Part shown: positions 51,225 through 62,204 of the stretch, piece by piece
Layout of the letters: every line of letters starts with the position of its first letter
Numbering within the stretch: the stretch's first letter is position 1
Assembly: GCA_963707915.1 (NCBI GenBank)
Contig: OY970178.1
Coordinates: forward strand, 1,024,001-1,088,000
DNA: 64,000 nucleotides
Reading direction: 5' to 3'
Source: Candidatus Eiseniibacteriota bacterium
GTDB taxonomy: Bacteria; Eisenbacteria; RBG-16-71-46
The notes under the pieces: generated by a model
What the model saw: only the letters and a program-made list of their open reading frames with translations
Databases searched by the model: none
What the model was told of the DNA's origin: nothing
Translations under genes and position numbers: made by a program

Positions 51225-53260
51225 TCCCCGGCGCTCTCCTCCAGCAACGCCATGGGGTCGGGCCCGGGGAGGGTCTGGCCGCGCTCCACCAGGACGGCGG
51301 CGATCCGGCCCGACCGCGGGGCCGCGACCTCGAACTGCATCTTCATGGACTCCACGACGAACAGGACCTGGCCCTCCTCCACCACCTCGCCCGGCGTCAC
51401 GCGCACCTCGACCACCGCGCCCGCCATCGGTGCGCGCACGGCCCCGCTGGCGCGCTCGGCGGGGGCACGCGGGGGCGCGGTCAGCGTGGCGAGCGGGTCC
51501 TCGAGCGCCAGCGTCTCGCCGAAGACGGCCAGCGCCATGCGCGACCCGCCCAGCCGGCAGGCCCGCAGGCGCAGCGCCAAATCGGGCTCCTGCACCGCGG
51601 CGCGGGCCCGCTGGAAGCCGGGGCCGCACTCGTGGCGCGCCACGCCGTCGTTCGAGCGCCCGAGCATCTGCCGCAGGGCCGGGCCGCTCAGCGTGAAGCT
51701 GTCGAACGCCTCCCCGCGCCCGAAGCGGAACGCCGCCTTCTCCTGGCGGCTGCCGATCCGCAGCTCCGCGTGCGCCAGGCCGGCGAAGCGCGCAGCGGGG
51801 CCGGGCAGCGGCTCCCCCACGCCGCGGAACACGCACGAGAGCGATTCGCGGAAGGCCCGCGACTCGAAGAACGCCCGGCACGCGGCGGGCAGCAGCGGCG
51901 CGTTGAGCGCCTCGAGGTTCGCCCCGATCCAGGCGGTGGACTCCACGCCGGCGAGGTAGTCGGGGTGCCGGCTCACCGCCTGCAGGAAGGGCAGGTTGGT
52001 GGTGCAACCCAGGATGGTGAAGTCCTCCAGCGCCGCCGAGAGCCGGCTCACCGCCTGCGCCCGGTCCTCGCCCCAGACGACCAGCTTCGCGACCAGGGAA
52101 TCGAAGCGGTCGAGGATGCGCCCACCCGCGCAGACCCCCGAGTCCACGCGGATGCCTTCGCCCACGGGCTCGCGGTAGACCACCAGCGGCCCCGGCGTGG
52201 GCAGGAAGCCGTTACGCGGGTCCTCGGCCAGGACGCGCGCCTCGAGCGCCACGCCGCGCGGCCGCGGGACGACGAAACGCGCCGGGTCGCCGAGCGCCTC
52301 CGGGAAGCGCCCCTCGGCCAGCTCGAGCTGGGCCTGCACCAGGTCCACGCCGAGCACCATCTCGGTGACCGGGTGCTCCACCTGCAGGCGCGTGTTCATC
52401 TCGAGGAAGTGGAAGCCGCCCTCCTCGTCCAGCAGGAACTCCACCGTCCCGGCGCCGCGGTAGCGGGTCTCGCGGACCAGGGCGAGCGCAGCGCGGCCCA
52501 GGGCCTCGCGCAGCGTCTCGTCCACGACCGGGCTGGGCGCTTCCTCGAGCACCTTCTGGTGCCGCCGCTGCAGCGAGCACTCGCGCTCGCCGAGGAACAC
52601 CCCGCCCCCGGCGCCGTCACCGAAGACCTGCACCTCGACGTGGCGGGGCGCGCGCAGGTAGCGCTCGACGAAGACCGTGCCGTCGCCGAAGCCCGCCAGC
52701 GCCTCGCCCGAGGCCCGCTCGATGGCGCCGGCGAGCGCCTCCAGCGTCTCGACCACGCGCATGCCGCGCCCGCCACCGCCGCCGCTGGCCTTCACCAGGA
52801 AGGGCGCGACGATGCCGCGCGCGGCCAGCTCGCCGCCCCAGCGCTCGCGCGGCAGGCGGGCGAGCTCGTGCGAGAGCAGCGCGGCGAGCGTCGGCACGCC
52901 GCAGCCGCGGGCGATGGCCTTGGCGGACTCCTTGCCGCCCAGCGCCCGCATGTTCTCCGCGGTGGGCCCGACGAAGCCGATGCCCGCGTCCTCCACCGCC
53001 CGGGCGAAGTCCGCGTTCTCGGCGAGGAAGCCATAGCCCGGGTGCAGGAGCCGCGCCTGCCAGGCGAGCGCGGCGGCCACGATCTCGCGTGGGGCGAGGA
53101 AGCTGGCGACCTCGAGCACCGCGTCCGCCTCGCGCCGCACCAGGCTCTCGGCGTCCTCGGGCGTGGAGACCACCGCCACCGAGTAGCCGCGCGCGCGGGC
53201 GGCACGCAGGATGCGGCGCGCGATCTCGCCCCGGTTGGCGACGACCAGGCGCCGCGTCAC
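51221..53260 (-). CDS. Acyl-CoA carboxylase alpha subunit (biotin carboxylase plus BCCP; MCC/LiuD-like)
   Basis: VANRGEIA, HPGYGFLAEN, GGGGRGMR, ERECSLQRRHQK, EMNTRLQVEHPVTE, biotinyl ESMKM; GTG start overlaps the hydratase stop. Confidence 0.93.
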   Translation of the reverse strand: MTRRLVVANRGEIARRILRAARARGYSVAVVSTPEDAESLVRREADAVLEVASFLAPREIVAAALAWQARLLHPGYGFLAENADFARAVEDAGIGFVGPTAENMRALGGKESAKAIARGCGVPTLAALLSHELARLPRERWGGELAARGIVAPFLVKASGGGGGRGMRVVETLEALAGAIERASGEALAGFGDGTVFVERYLRAPRHVEVQVFGDGAGGGVFLGERECSLQRRHQKVLEEAPSPVVDETLREALGRAALALVRETRYRGAGTVEFLLDEEGGFHFLEMNTRLQVEHPVTEMVLGVDLVQAQLELAEGRFPEALGDPARFVVPRPRGVALEARVLAEDPRNGFLPTPGPLVVYREPVGEGIRVDSGVCAGGRILDRFDSLVAKLVVWGEDRAQAVSRLSAALEDFTILGCTTNLPFLQAVSRHPDYLAGVESTAWIGANLEALNAPLLPAACRAFFESRAFRESLSCVFRGVGEPLPGPAARFAGLAHAELRIGSRQEKAAFRFGRGEAFDSFTLSGPALRQMLGRSNDGVARHECGPGFQRARAAVQEPDLALRLRACRLGGSRMALAVFGETLALEDPLATLTAPPRAPAERASGAVRAPMAGAVVEVRVTPGEVVEEGQVLFVVESMKMQFEVAAPRSGRIAAVLVERGQTLPGPDPMALLEESAGE

Positions 53261-54093
53261 GGCACCCAGCGCGGCGGGACCTTCCCGAAGAAGGCGCGCA
53301 GCCCCTCCTGCCCTTCCTCGGAGGCCCGGGCCTCCGCGATGGCCCGGGCGGTGACCTCGGTGAGTTCGGGACCGGGCAGGGGCGAGACCGCGAGCATCAG
53401 CGCCTTGGCACGGCGCGCGGCCTCGGGCCCGGCGGCGAGGAACTGGCCGAGCAACTCGGCCAGCGCGCCGCCCGGGTCCTCCGCCGGGCCGAGCACGCGC
53501 TGCACCAGGCCGATGCGCAGGGCCTCGGCGGCCTTCACGCGCTGGCCGGTCAGCAGCAGCGCCGAGGCGTGGGCCACGCCGAGGCGGCGGATGACGTACG
53601 GGCTGATGAGGCCCGGCACCAGCCCGAGGCGGACCTCGGTGGTGGCGAACACGGCCGCGGAGTCGGCGAGCACGTAGTCCGAGCAGGCCGCGAGCCCCAG
53701 GCCCCCGCCGACGGCGGAGCCGTGGACGTGGCACAGCACCGGCACGGGGAGCGCGGCGAGGCGGCGGAACATCCGGCCCAGCGCCCGCGCGTCGTCGAGG
53801 TTCTCCTCCGGGCCCGCGGCGGCCTGCGCCTTCATGTAGGCGAGGTCGCCCCCGGCGCAGAAGCTCTCCCCCTCACCCTGCAACACCAGGACGCGCAGCT
53901 CCGCGCCCTGCGGCACCAGCGCCAGCGCGCCCAGCGCGCCGGAGATCTCGGAGATCATCGCCTCGTCGAAGGCGTTGCGGACCGCGGGGCGCGCGAGCAC
54001 CAGCCGCATGACGCCGTGCGGCAACTCCTCGAGCCGCACGCTGCGGCCCGGCTGGCGCACCCGCTCCACCGGGAAGCCGGGGATCGCGATCAC
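53257..54093 (-). CDS. Enoyl-CoA hydratase (methylglutaconyl-CoA hydratase/LiuC-like)
   Basis: LARPAVRNAFD, FCAGGDL, AVGGGLGL, EVRLGLVPGLISPYV, EGQEGLRAF. Confidence 0.9.
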   Translation of the reverse strand: MIAIPGFPVERVRQPGRSVRLEELPHGVMRLVLARPAVRNAFDEAMISEISGALGALALVPQGAELRVLVLQGEGESFCAGGDLAYMKAQAAAGPEENLDDARALGRMFRRLAALPVPVLCHVHGSAVGGGLGLAACSDYVLADSAAVFATTEVRLGLVPGLISPYVIRRLGVAHASALLLTGQRVKAAEALRIGLVQRVLGPAEDPGGALAELLGQFLAAGPEAARRAKALMLAVSPLPGPELTEVTARAIAEARASEEGQEGLRAFFGKVPPRWVP

Positions 54094-55979
54094 GAGCGGC
54101 CCCGCTCGAGGACGAGCTCGCCGGGACACGGTGCGTCTTCCAGGCGGATGGTGCCGAGCAGGGCCTCGGGCACGTCCACCACGCAGCGCAGCAGCGCCTG
54201 CGAGAGCGTCTTGCCCTGCGCGTCGATGAACAGGCTGCGCGTGCCGCCGCCGCCGAGGGCGCCCTCGAGCAGGAAGTTCAGCGCCCACAGGTGCGGCACC
54301 GCGAAGCGCTCCACCTTGCCGTGACAGACACCGGCGAACCAGGTCTTCACCTGCTCCGCCGTGACGTGGTCGCGCAACCACGCGTAGCACTCGGGCGAGC
54401 GCCCGATGAGGCCGATGTTGGCGGTGTCGCCCTTGTCCCCGCTGCGCGCGTGCGCGATGCGCATGAGGGGCATCGCCACGACGCGGCCGCCGCGCCCGCC
54501 GTCGAAGGCCCACGGATCGGCGACCCGCGCGCCGCTCGCTCCGCCACCGCCGGTGACCGGCCAGTCCAGCGGCCCCGCCCGCGAGACCGGCTCGAACCGG
54601 CCGGTGCCGCGCTCCTCGAACACGGTCACCACCGGCCGGGCGTGCTCCTGCGGCATCAGCGCGGGCCAGTAACTGACCACCTCCGAGATCGCCGGCGCGC
54701 CACCGGTGACCGCGACGCCGGCGGGGCCGGAGAGGATCATCGAGGGCAGCAGCTTGCGGTAGACGTCCAGCGGCCGACGCTCGGCCGAGCGCGCCGAGAG
54801 CCGCAGCAGCACCTCGCTCGCGACGTGCTCCGGGGTGAGGCCGCGGTGCGTCGCGTCGTCGCCGATGAACTCCGTGCAGGTGTCGTCGAGCGCGGGCAGG
54901 CCCGCCTTGCGCAGCTCGGCCGCGCAGCGCTCCCAGAAGACCTGCGCGAAGACCTCGGCCTTGGCGCGCGCGTCGGGACCGGAGACGATGAGCGAGCCGC
55001 TGGCCTTGTGGCCGTCGGCGTAGGCGACGCTGACCTTGAGCAGGTCGGTGGGCGGACGCCCCTTCACCCCCGAGACCCGCACGCGGTCCGGGCCCGCGGG
55101 CTCGAGCCGGATGCTCGAGAAGTCGGCGATCACGTCGGGCGTGAGGTAGGCCTGCGGGTCGCCCATCTCGTAGAGCAGCTGCTCCCGCACCGTCTGCGTG
55201 GTGACCAAGCCGCCGCTGCCGGGCTGCTTGGTCACCACGAAGGAGCCGTCGGGGGCGCACTCGACGACCGGGAAGCCCACGTCCACGAAGGACGGGACCT
55301 TCCGCCAGTCGGTGAAGTTGCCGCCGGTCGCTTGTGCGCCGCACTCGATGATGTGCCCGGCCACGATGCCGTGGGCGATGCGGTCGTAGTCGGTCGCCGA
55401 CCAGCCGAAGGCGTGGACCAGCGGCGCCAGCGTGATGCCGGTGTCGGTCACGCGCCCGCAGATCACGATGTCGGGGTCGCCCCGGAGCGCCTCCACCACC
55501 GGCCGCGCGCCGAAGTAGGCGTTGGCGGAGAGTGCCCGGCCCGCGTAGGGCGCGAACGACTCCCCGGTCTCGAGGTTGCGCAGGTCGACGCCCTGCGCGC
55601 GCAGCTCGCCCAGGCGCGGCGCGATGTCGTCGCCATCGATGACCGCCAGCCGCAGCTCGAGGCCCTTCGCCCGCGCCACCGCCGCCAGCGCCTCGGCGCA
55701 GGCCACCGGGTTCACGCCGCCGGCGTTGGTGATGACGCGGATGCCGCGCTCGAGGATGCGCTCCAGCAGCGGCTCGATCTGCGTGACGAAGTCGCGCGCG
55801 TACCCGGCGCCCGGGTCCTTGAGCCGCTGCTTCTGCAGGATGCTCATGGTGACCTCGGCCAGGTAGTCGATCGAGACGTAGTCGAGCGCGAGCGGGCCCT
55901 CGACCTGCCGCCGCAACGCGTGCGGGTCGTCGCCCCAGTAGCCGCCGGCGTTGGCGATGCGGATGAGTTCCCGGGTCAT
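54090..55979 (-). CDS. AtuA-family (DUF1446) acyclic terpene utilization protein
   Basis: RIANAGGYWGD, DYLAEVTM, NAGGVNP, GRVTD, GHIIECGAQATGGNF, EQLLYE, C-terminal ARSGDKGD and DAQGK. Confidence 0.9.
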   Translation of the reverse strand: MTRELIRIANAGGYWGDDPHALRRQVEGPLALDYVSIDYLAEVTMSILQKQRLKDPGAGYARDFVTQIEPLLERILERGIRVITNAGGVNPVACAEALAAVARAKGLELRLAVIDGDDIAPRLGELRAQGVDLRNLETGESFAPYAGRALSANAYFGARPVVEALRGDPDIVICGRVTDTGITLAPLVHAFGWSATDYDRIAHGIVAGHIIECGAQATGGNFTDWRKVPSFVDVGFPVVECAPDGSFVVTKQPGSGGLVTTQTVREQLLYEMGDPQAYLTPDVIADFSSIRLEPAGPDRVRVSGVKGRPPTDLLKVSVAYADGHKASGSLIVSGPDARAKAEVFAQVFWERCAAELRKAGLPALDDTCTEFIGDDATHRGLTPEHVASEVLLRLSARSAERRPLDVYRKLLPSMILSGPAGVAVTGGAPAISEVVSYWPALMPQEHARPVVTVFEERGTGRFEPVSRAGPLDWPVTGGGGASGARVADPWAFDGGRGGRVVAMPLMRIAHARSGDKGDTANIGLIGRSPECYAWLRDHVTAEQVKTWFAGVCHGKVERFAVPHLWALNFLLEGALGGGGTRSLFIDAQGKTLSQALLRCVVDVPEALLGTIRLEDAPCPGELVLERGRS

Positions 55980-55988
55980 GGCAGCGCC

Positions 55989-57596
<1,608 letters not shown>

Positions 57597-57620
57597 GGGC
57601 GGTCTCCGGGGGCCGGCACG

Positions 57621-58766
57621 CTAGAATTCCTTCAGCAGGTGACGCGCGATGACCATGCGCTGCACCTCGCTGGTGCCCTCGCCGATGGTGCAGAGCTTCA
57701 CGTCGCGGTAGAACTTCTCGACCGGGTAGTCCTTGATGAAGCCGTAGCCGCCGTGGATCTGGACGGCCTCGTCGGCCACGCGGCAGGCGGTCTCGGAGCT
57801 GTGGAGCTTGGCCATGCTGGCGGCCTTGGCGTAGGGGCGCCGCTGGTCGCGCAGGTTCGCGGCCTGGTAGACCAGCAGGCGTGCCGCCTCGACCTGCACC
57901 TGCATGTCGGCCAGCTTGAACTGGATGCCCTGGTGCTCGGCGATGGGCCGGCCGAAGGTCTGGCGCTTCTTCGCGTAGCGCACGCTCTCCTCGAAGGCGC
58001 CCTGCGCCATCCCGAGGCCCAGCGCGGCGATGCTGATGCGCCCGCCGTCGAGCGTCTTCATGGCCTGCTTGAAGCCCACGCCCTCCTCGCCCAGCAGGTT
58101 CTCCGCCGGCACCCGCACGTCCTCGAGGATCAGCTCCGAGGTGTCGCTGGCGCGCATCCCCAGCTTGTTCTCCTGCTTGCCGGCGTGCAGCCCCTTCATG
58201 CCCTTCTCGACGATGAAGGCGCTGATGCCGTCGGTGCCGTGCCCCGGGCGCGTGCGCGCCATCACCACGGCGATCCCGCCCACGGTGGCATGCGTGATGA
58301 AGTTCTTGGTGCCGTTGATGACCCAGTCGCCGCCGTCCTGCCTCGCCACCGTGCGCAGCGCGCCAGCGTCGCTGCCGGCCCCGGGCTCGGTGAGCGCCCA
58401 GGCGCCGATCACCTTGCCGCTGGCGAGCGGCACGAGGTAGCGGCGCTTCTGCGCCTCGCTGCCCATGGCGAAGATGTGGTTGGAGCACAGGCTGTTGTGC
58501 GCCGCGATGCCCAGGCCCACGCTGCCGTCCACGCGGCTCAACTCCTCCACCACCACGGCGTACTCGAGGTAGCCCATGCCGGCGCCGCCGTACTCCTCGG
58601 GGAAGATCACGCCCATCATCCCCATCGCGCCGAGCTGCGCCATGACCTCCGCGGGGAAGGTCTTGGCTTCGTCCCACTCCATCACGTGCGGGCGGATCTC
58701 GTTCTCGGCGAAGCGTCGCACCTCCTCGCGGAGGGCGTTCACGTGCTCGGGCAAAGTGAAGTCCAT
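57621..58766 (-). CDS. Acyl-CoA dehydrogenase (short/branched-chain type)
   Basis: [52 protein letters not shown]; start ATG 58766 with GGGGAG SD. Confidence 0.94.
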   Translation of the reverse strand: MDFTLPEHVNALREEVRRFAENEIRPHVMEWDEAKTFPAEVMAQLGAMGMMGVIFPEEYGGAGMGYLEYAVVVEELSRVDGSVGLGIAAHNSLCSNHIFAMGSEAQKRRYLVPLASGKVIGAWALTEPGAGSDAGALRTVARQDGGDWVINGTKNFITHATVGGIAVVMARTRPGHGTDGISAFIVEKGMKGLHAGKQENKLGMRASDTSELILEDVRVPAENLLGEEGVGFKQAMKTLDGGRISIAALGLGMAQGAFEESVRYAKKRQTFGRPIAEHQGIQFKLADMQVQVEAARLLVYQAANLRDQRRPYAKAASMAKLHSSETACRVADEAVQIHGGYGFIKDYPVEKFYRDVKLCTIGEGTSEVQRMVIARHLLKEF

Positions 58767-58913
58767 GCGCTCCCCCGGTCGGGTGACGTCGTTTGGATGC
58801 AGGCTCGGCGGCAAACATACCGTGCGAAGATGCTTCTTCGCGGTGGGACCAATGGACCACACCGGACCGGCCGGGGCCGCGAGCGTCCGGCCGGACGTAC
58901 GTCGAGCAAATGG

Positions 58914-58946
58914 AACGGCCCGCCCCCCGGTCGGGGACGGGCCGTT
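58914..58946 (-). terminator. Hairpin downstream of the alkene reductase gene
   Basis: AACGGCCCG...CGGGCCGTT stem extended by CCCC/GGGG; followed on the minus strand by CCATTT. Confidence 0.55.
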
Positions 58947-59007
58947 GTCTGCACAGGCGCAACGCGTTAGCCGCTCTGCTTCATCCTGTCGGTGAGGCCG
59001 GTACCGG

Positions 59008-60126
59008 TCAGACCGGAGACGCCGCCTGCGTCTCGCCGGCTGCGTCCAGCGCCGGGTAGTCCGTGTAGCCCTTCGGCCCGGGCGTGTAGAACGTCGCGAA
59101 GTCGGGTGGATTGAGCGCCAGCCCGCGCTCCAGCCGCGTGATCAGGTCGGGATTGGCGAGGAACGGCCGGCCGAAAGCCACCAGGTCGCACCGGCCCTCG
59201 CGCAGCGCCGCCTCGGCGCCCGCCCGGTCGAAACCGCCGGCCAGGATGAAGGTGCGGGGCCACGCCTTCCGCAGCGCGGACTTCAGGCTCGCCGGCACCG
59301 TCGGCGCGCCCATCGACGAGTGGTCCACGACGTGGACGTACTGGATGCCGATGGACGCCAGCTTCGGCACGAGCGTGGCGTAGGTCTCGTCGATCTCGGG
59401 ATAGGGCTTCATGCCGGCGTTCGCCCCGTACGGCGAGAGCCGGATGCCGACCCGCGCGCCGCCGATCGCCGCGGTCACCGCCCGCGCCGCCTCGAGCGCA
59501 AAGCCGAGCCGCTTCTCCACCGAGCCGCCCCACGCGTCGGTGCGCAGGTTCGTGTGCGGGTTGAGGAACTGCTCGATCAGGTAGCCGTTGGCGCCGTGCA
59601 ACTCGACCCCATCGAAGCCCGCGGCGATCGCGTTGCGCGCAGCCAGCACGTACGAGTCGATGGCCTGGCGCACGTCGTCCTCGCTCATCGCCCGCGGCAC
59701 CGGGTACGGCTGCATGCCTTGCGCGTCGGTGTACATCCGGCCGTCGACCGCGACCGCGCTGGGGGCGACCACCTCGGCGCCCGCGGGCAGGTTGAGCGGA
59801 TGGCCCACCCGCCCGGTGTGCATCAGCTGCGCGAAGATGCGGCCGCCCTTGGCGTGGACCGCTTGCGTGACCTTCTTCCAGCCCCCGACCTGCGCGGCCG
59901 ACCAGAGGCCCGGGATGCGGGCGTAGCCGGTGCCGTTGGGCGCGGGCGAGGTGCCCTCGGTGATGATGAGCCCCGCGTCCGCCCGCTGGCCGTAGTACTC
60001 GGCCATCAGGTCGTTGGGCGTGCCGCCCTCGGCGGCGCGGCTGCGCGTCATGGGCGCCATCACGGCGCGGTTGCGCAGGACCAGCGGGCCGAGCGTGGCG
60101 GGCGAGAACAGGGAAACGTCTGCCAT
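59008..60126 (-). CDS. Old Yellow Enzyme-family alkene reductase (NemA-like)
   Basis: [55 protein letters not shown]. Confidence 0.94.
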   Translation of the reverse strand: MADVSLFSPATLGPLVLRNRAVMAPMTRSRAAEGGTPNDLMAEYYGQRADAGLIITEGTSPAPNGTGYARIPGLWSAAQVGGWKKVTQAVHAKGGRIFAQLMHTGRVGHPLNLPAGAEVVAPSAVAVDGRMYTDAQGMQPYPVPRAMSEDDVRQAIDSYVLAARNAIAAGFDGVELHGANGYLIEQFLNPHTNLRTDAWGGSVEKRLGFALEAARAVTAAIGGARVGIRLSPYGANAGMKPYPEIDETYATLVPKLASIGIQYVHVVDHSSMGAPTVPASLKSALRKAWPRTFILAGGFDRAGAEAALREGRCDLVAFGRPFLANPDLITRLERGLALNPPDFATFYTPGPKGYTDYPALDAAGETQAASPV

Positions 60127-60261
60127 GGATATCCACTCCAGTCGGGGACGGCTTCGGTCGTCGAAGGGCGGCGCTGTGAGGGCAGGACTCGGAAAGGCGA
60201 TACCCCTTGGATGCAGGCACCCGCGCGCGGGTGCCAGGGAAGCTGCGCCGGCCCGATCTCC

Positions 60262-61947
60262 CTACCGCCGCCCCCGGCCGTCCTGTTCCAGTGACTTCTT
60301 CCTCGCCGCCTCGAACTCGTCCCCCGGGTACCACGACGGGCGCCCGGCGCCGTTCGCCACCTCGAGGCCGACGAGGTAGCCGAGTCGCGTGTCCTCGACC
60401 ATGCCGGAGAGGTCCCACTCGGGCCGGATCTCGTCGCTCGGCTGGTGGTAGTGCAGCCGCCGGAAGTCGGCGTCCTTCTGCCTGCCCCATTCCTCGGGCC
60501 GTCCGATGAATGCCCTCCCCGACTTGAAGTAGAGCGCGGGCACTCCGGCCCGGGCGAGACTCAGCTGGTCCGAACGGTAGTAGTAGCCCTTGTCCGGTTC
60601 GGGGTCGTCCACCAGCGTACGTCCCTGGGTCGCGGCGGCGGCGGCAAGGAGGTCTTCGAGGTCCGACTTGCCCTTGCCGATGACCGAGACGTCCGAGGTG
60701 CGGCCGAGCACGTTGCCGCCGTCGAAGTTGATGTCGGCCGCGATGCGGGCGAGCGGGACGGTGGGGTGGGCCGCGTAGTACTGCGAGCCGACCAGACCCT
60801 GTTCCTCGCCCGCGACGAACAGCGCGATCACGCTGCGGGCCGGCCGCGGCCGCGTGGCGGCGAAGGCCCCGGCCAGCGCGAGCACCTGCGCACAGCCGGA
60901 GGCGTTGTCCAGGGCCCCGTTGTTGATGCGGTCCCCGGTGGCATCGGGCTCGCCGACCCCGAGATGGTCGTGGTGGGCGGTGAAGACGACCGCCTCGTCG
61001 CGAAGCCCGGGGTCGCCCCCGGGCAGCAGCCCGACGACGTTCGCGGTCTCGGTCTCCTCGACCGTGACGTCGAACGCCAGCGAGGTCCTGACACCCAGCG
61101 GGACCGGCCTGAACTCGCGCCGGCGTGCCGCCGCGACGAGCGAATCCAGGTCTTTGCCGCCCAGCGCGCACATCCGGCGCACCGCCGGCTCGGTCAGCCA
61201 GCTCTTGAACCCGAGCCGCGGCTCGCCCGCCGCCGGCACCTCGAACTGGGTCCCCGCCCACGAGCGCTGCACCACGTTCCAGCCGTAGCCCGCCGACTCC
61301 TCGGTGTGGAGGATGATCGCGGCGGCCGCGCCCTGGCGCGCTGCGGCGTCGTACTTGTAGTCCCAGCGCCCGTAGAACAGGCGCTTCTTCCCGGCGAACA
61401 ACGCCGGGTCCCAATCGGGGTCGCTGTTCAGGATGAGGAGGATCTTGCCCTTCAGGTCGGCGCCCTTGAAGTCGTCCCACTGGAACTCCGGGGCCTGGAT
61501 GCCGTAGCCCACGAAGACGACCTCGGTCTCGGGGACGGAGACACGCGGAGTCTGCACACCGCTCCCGCCGATGAAGTCCTCGCCCCAGCGGAACGCGGCA
61601 TCCCCCGCCGGGCCGGCGAAGCGCCAGGTGTCGAGGTTCCGCGTCGTCAGGCCCACCAGCGTGATGGGCTGCTCCCACGAACCGGCCGCGCCACCCGGCT
61701 CGAAGCCGATCTCGCGCAGGCGCCGCGCGAGGTAGCCCCGCGCCCTGCGGTCGCCCGCGGTGCCCGGGAAGCGACCCTCCATCGAGTCCGCCGACAGGGC
61801 CTCGGTGTCGTGGAGGATCGCCGAAGCGCCGATGCGCGCCTGGGCGTCCCGGGAGCCCGGGGACGACGCGGCCACGGCGACGGGACCGCCAAGGCCCAGG
61901 AGCAGGAGCGTGAGGGACGCGGGGAGCACGCGCAGCGCGGATGACAT
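60262..61947 (-). CDS. Exported M28 peptidase with PA domain
   Basis: Signal peptide; LSADSMEGR, FVGYGIQAPE..WDDF, AHHDHLG, NGALDNASG, GEEQGL, YRSDQ, YHQPSD; start ATG 61947 with GGAGG SD. Confidence 0.92.
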   Translation of the reverse strand: MSSALRVLPASLTLLLLGLGGPVAVAASSPGSRDAQARIGASAILHDTEALSADSMEGRFPGTAGDRRARGYLARRLREIGFEPGGAAGSWEQPITLVGLTTRNLDTWRFAGPAGDAAFRWGEDFIGGSGVQTPRVSVPETEVVFVGYGIQAPEFQWDDFKGADLKGKILLILNSDPDWDPALFAGKKRLFYGRWDYKYDAAARQGAAAAIILHTEESAGYGWNVVQRSWAGTQFEVPAAGEPRLGFKSWLTEPAVRRMCALGGKDLDSLVAAARRREFRPVPLGVRTSLAFDVTVEETETANVVGLLPGGDPGLRDEAVVFTAHHDHLGVGEPDATGDRINNGALDNASGCAQVLALAGAFAATRPRPARSVIALFVAGEEQGLVGSQYYAAHPTVPLARIAADINFDGGNVLGRTSDVSVIGKGKSDLEDLLAAAAATQGRTLVDDPEPDKGYYYRSDQLSLARAGVPALYFKSGRAFIGRPEEWGRQKDADFRRLHYHQPSDEIRPEWDLSGMVEDTRLGYLVGLEVANGAGRPSWYPGDEFEAARKKSLEQDGRGRR

Positions 61948-62204
61948 GGGACCTCCAGGAACTGGGCGTCGGGCCGGGCGCGGGCCGAGGGCGCGGCACT
62001 CGACCTGCTCGTGCCCGCTCGGTGCTCGACACCCGCTCGGTCCGTGCCTGCGCACAGGATGTCGCGTCGGCCCGCAGAGGGCAAGCGCCTCGCGCGCCGC
62101 GCGCCGGGCGGGCGCGACGCCCGCGCGGCCGAGGGGGCGATTCGCCTACTCATCGCCCGCCATCTATGGCACCATCCGGCCTCCCGCCAACCAGGAGGCT
62201 GACC

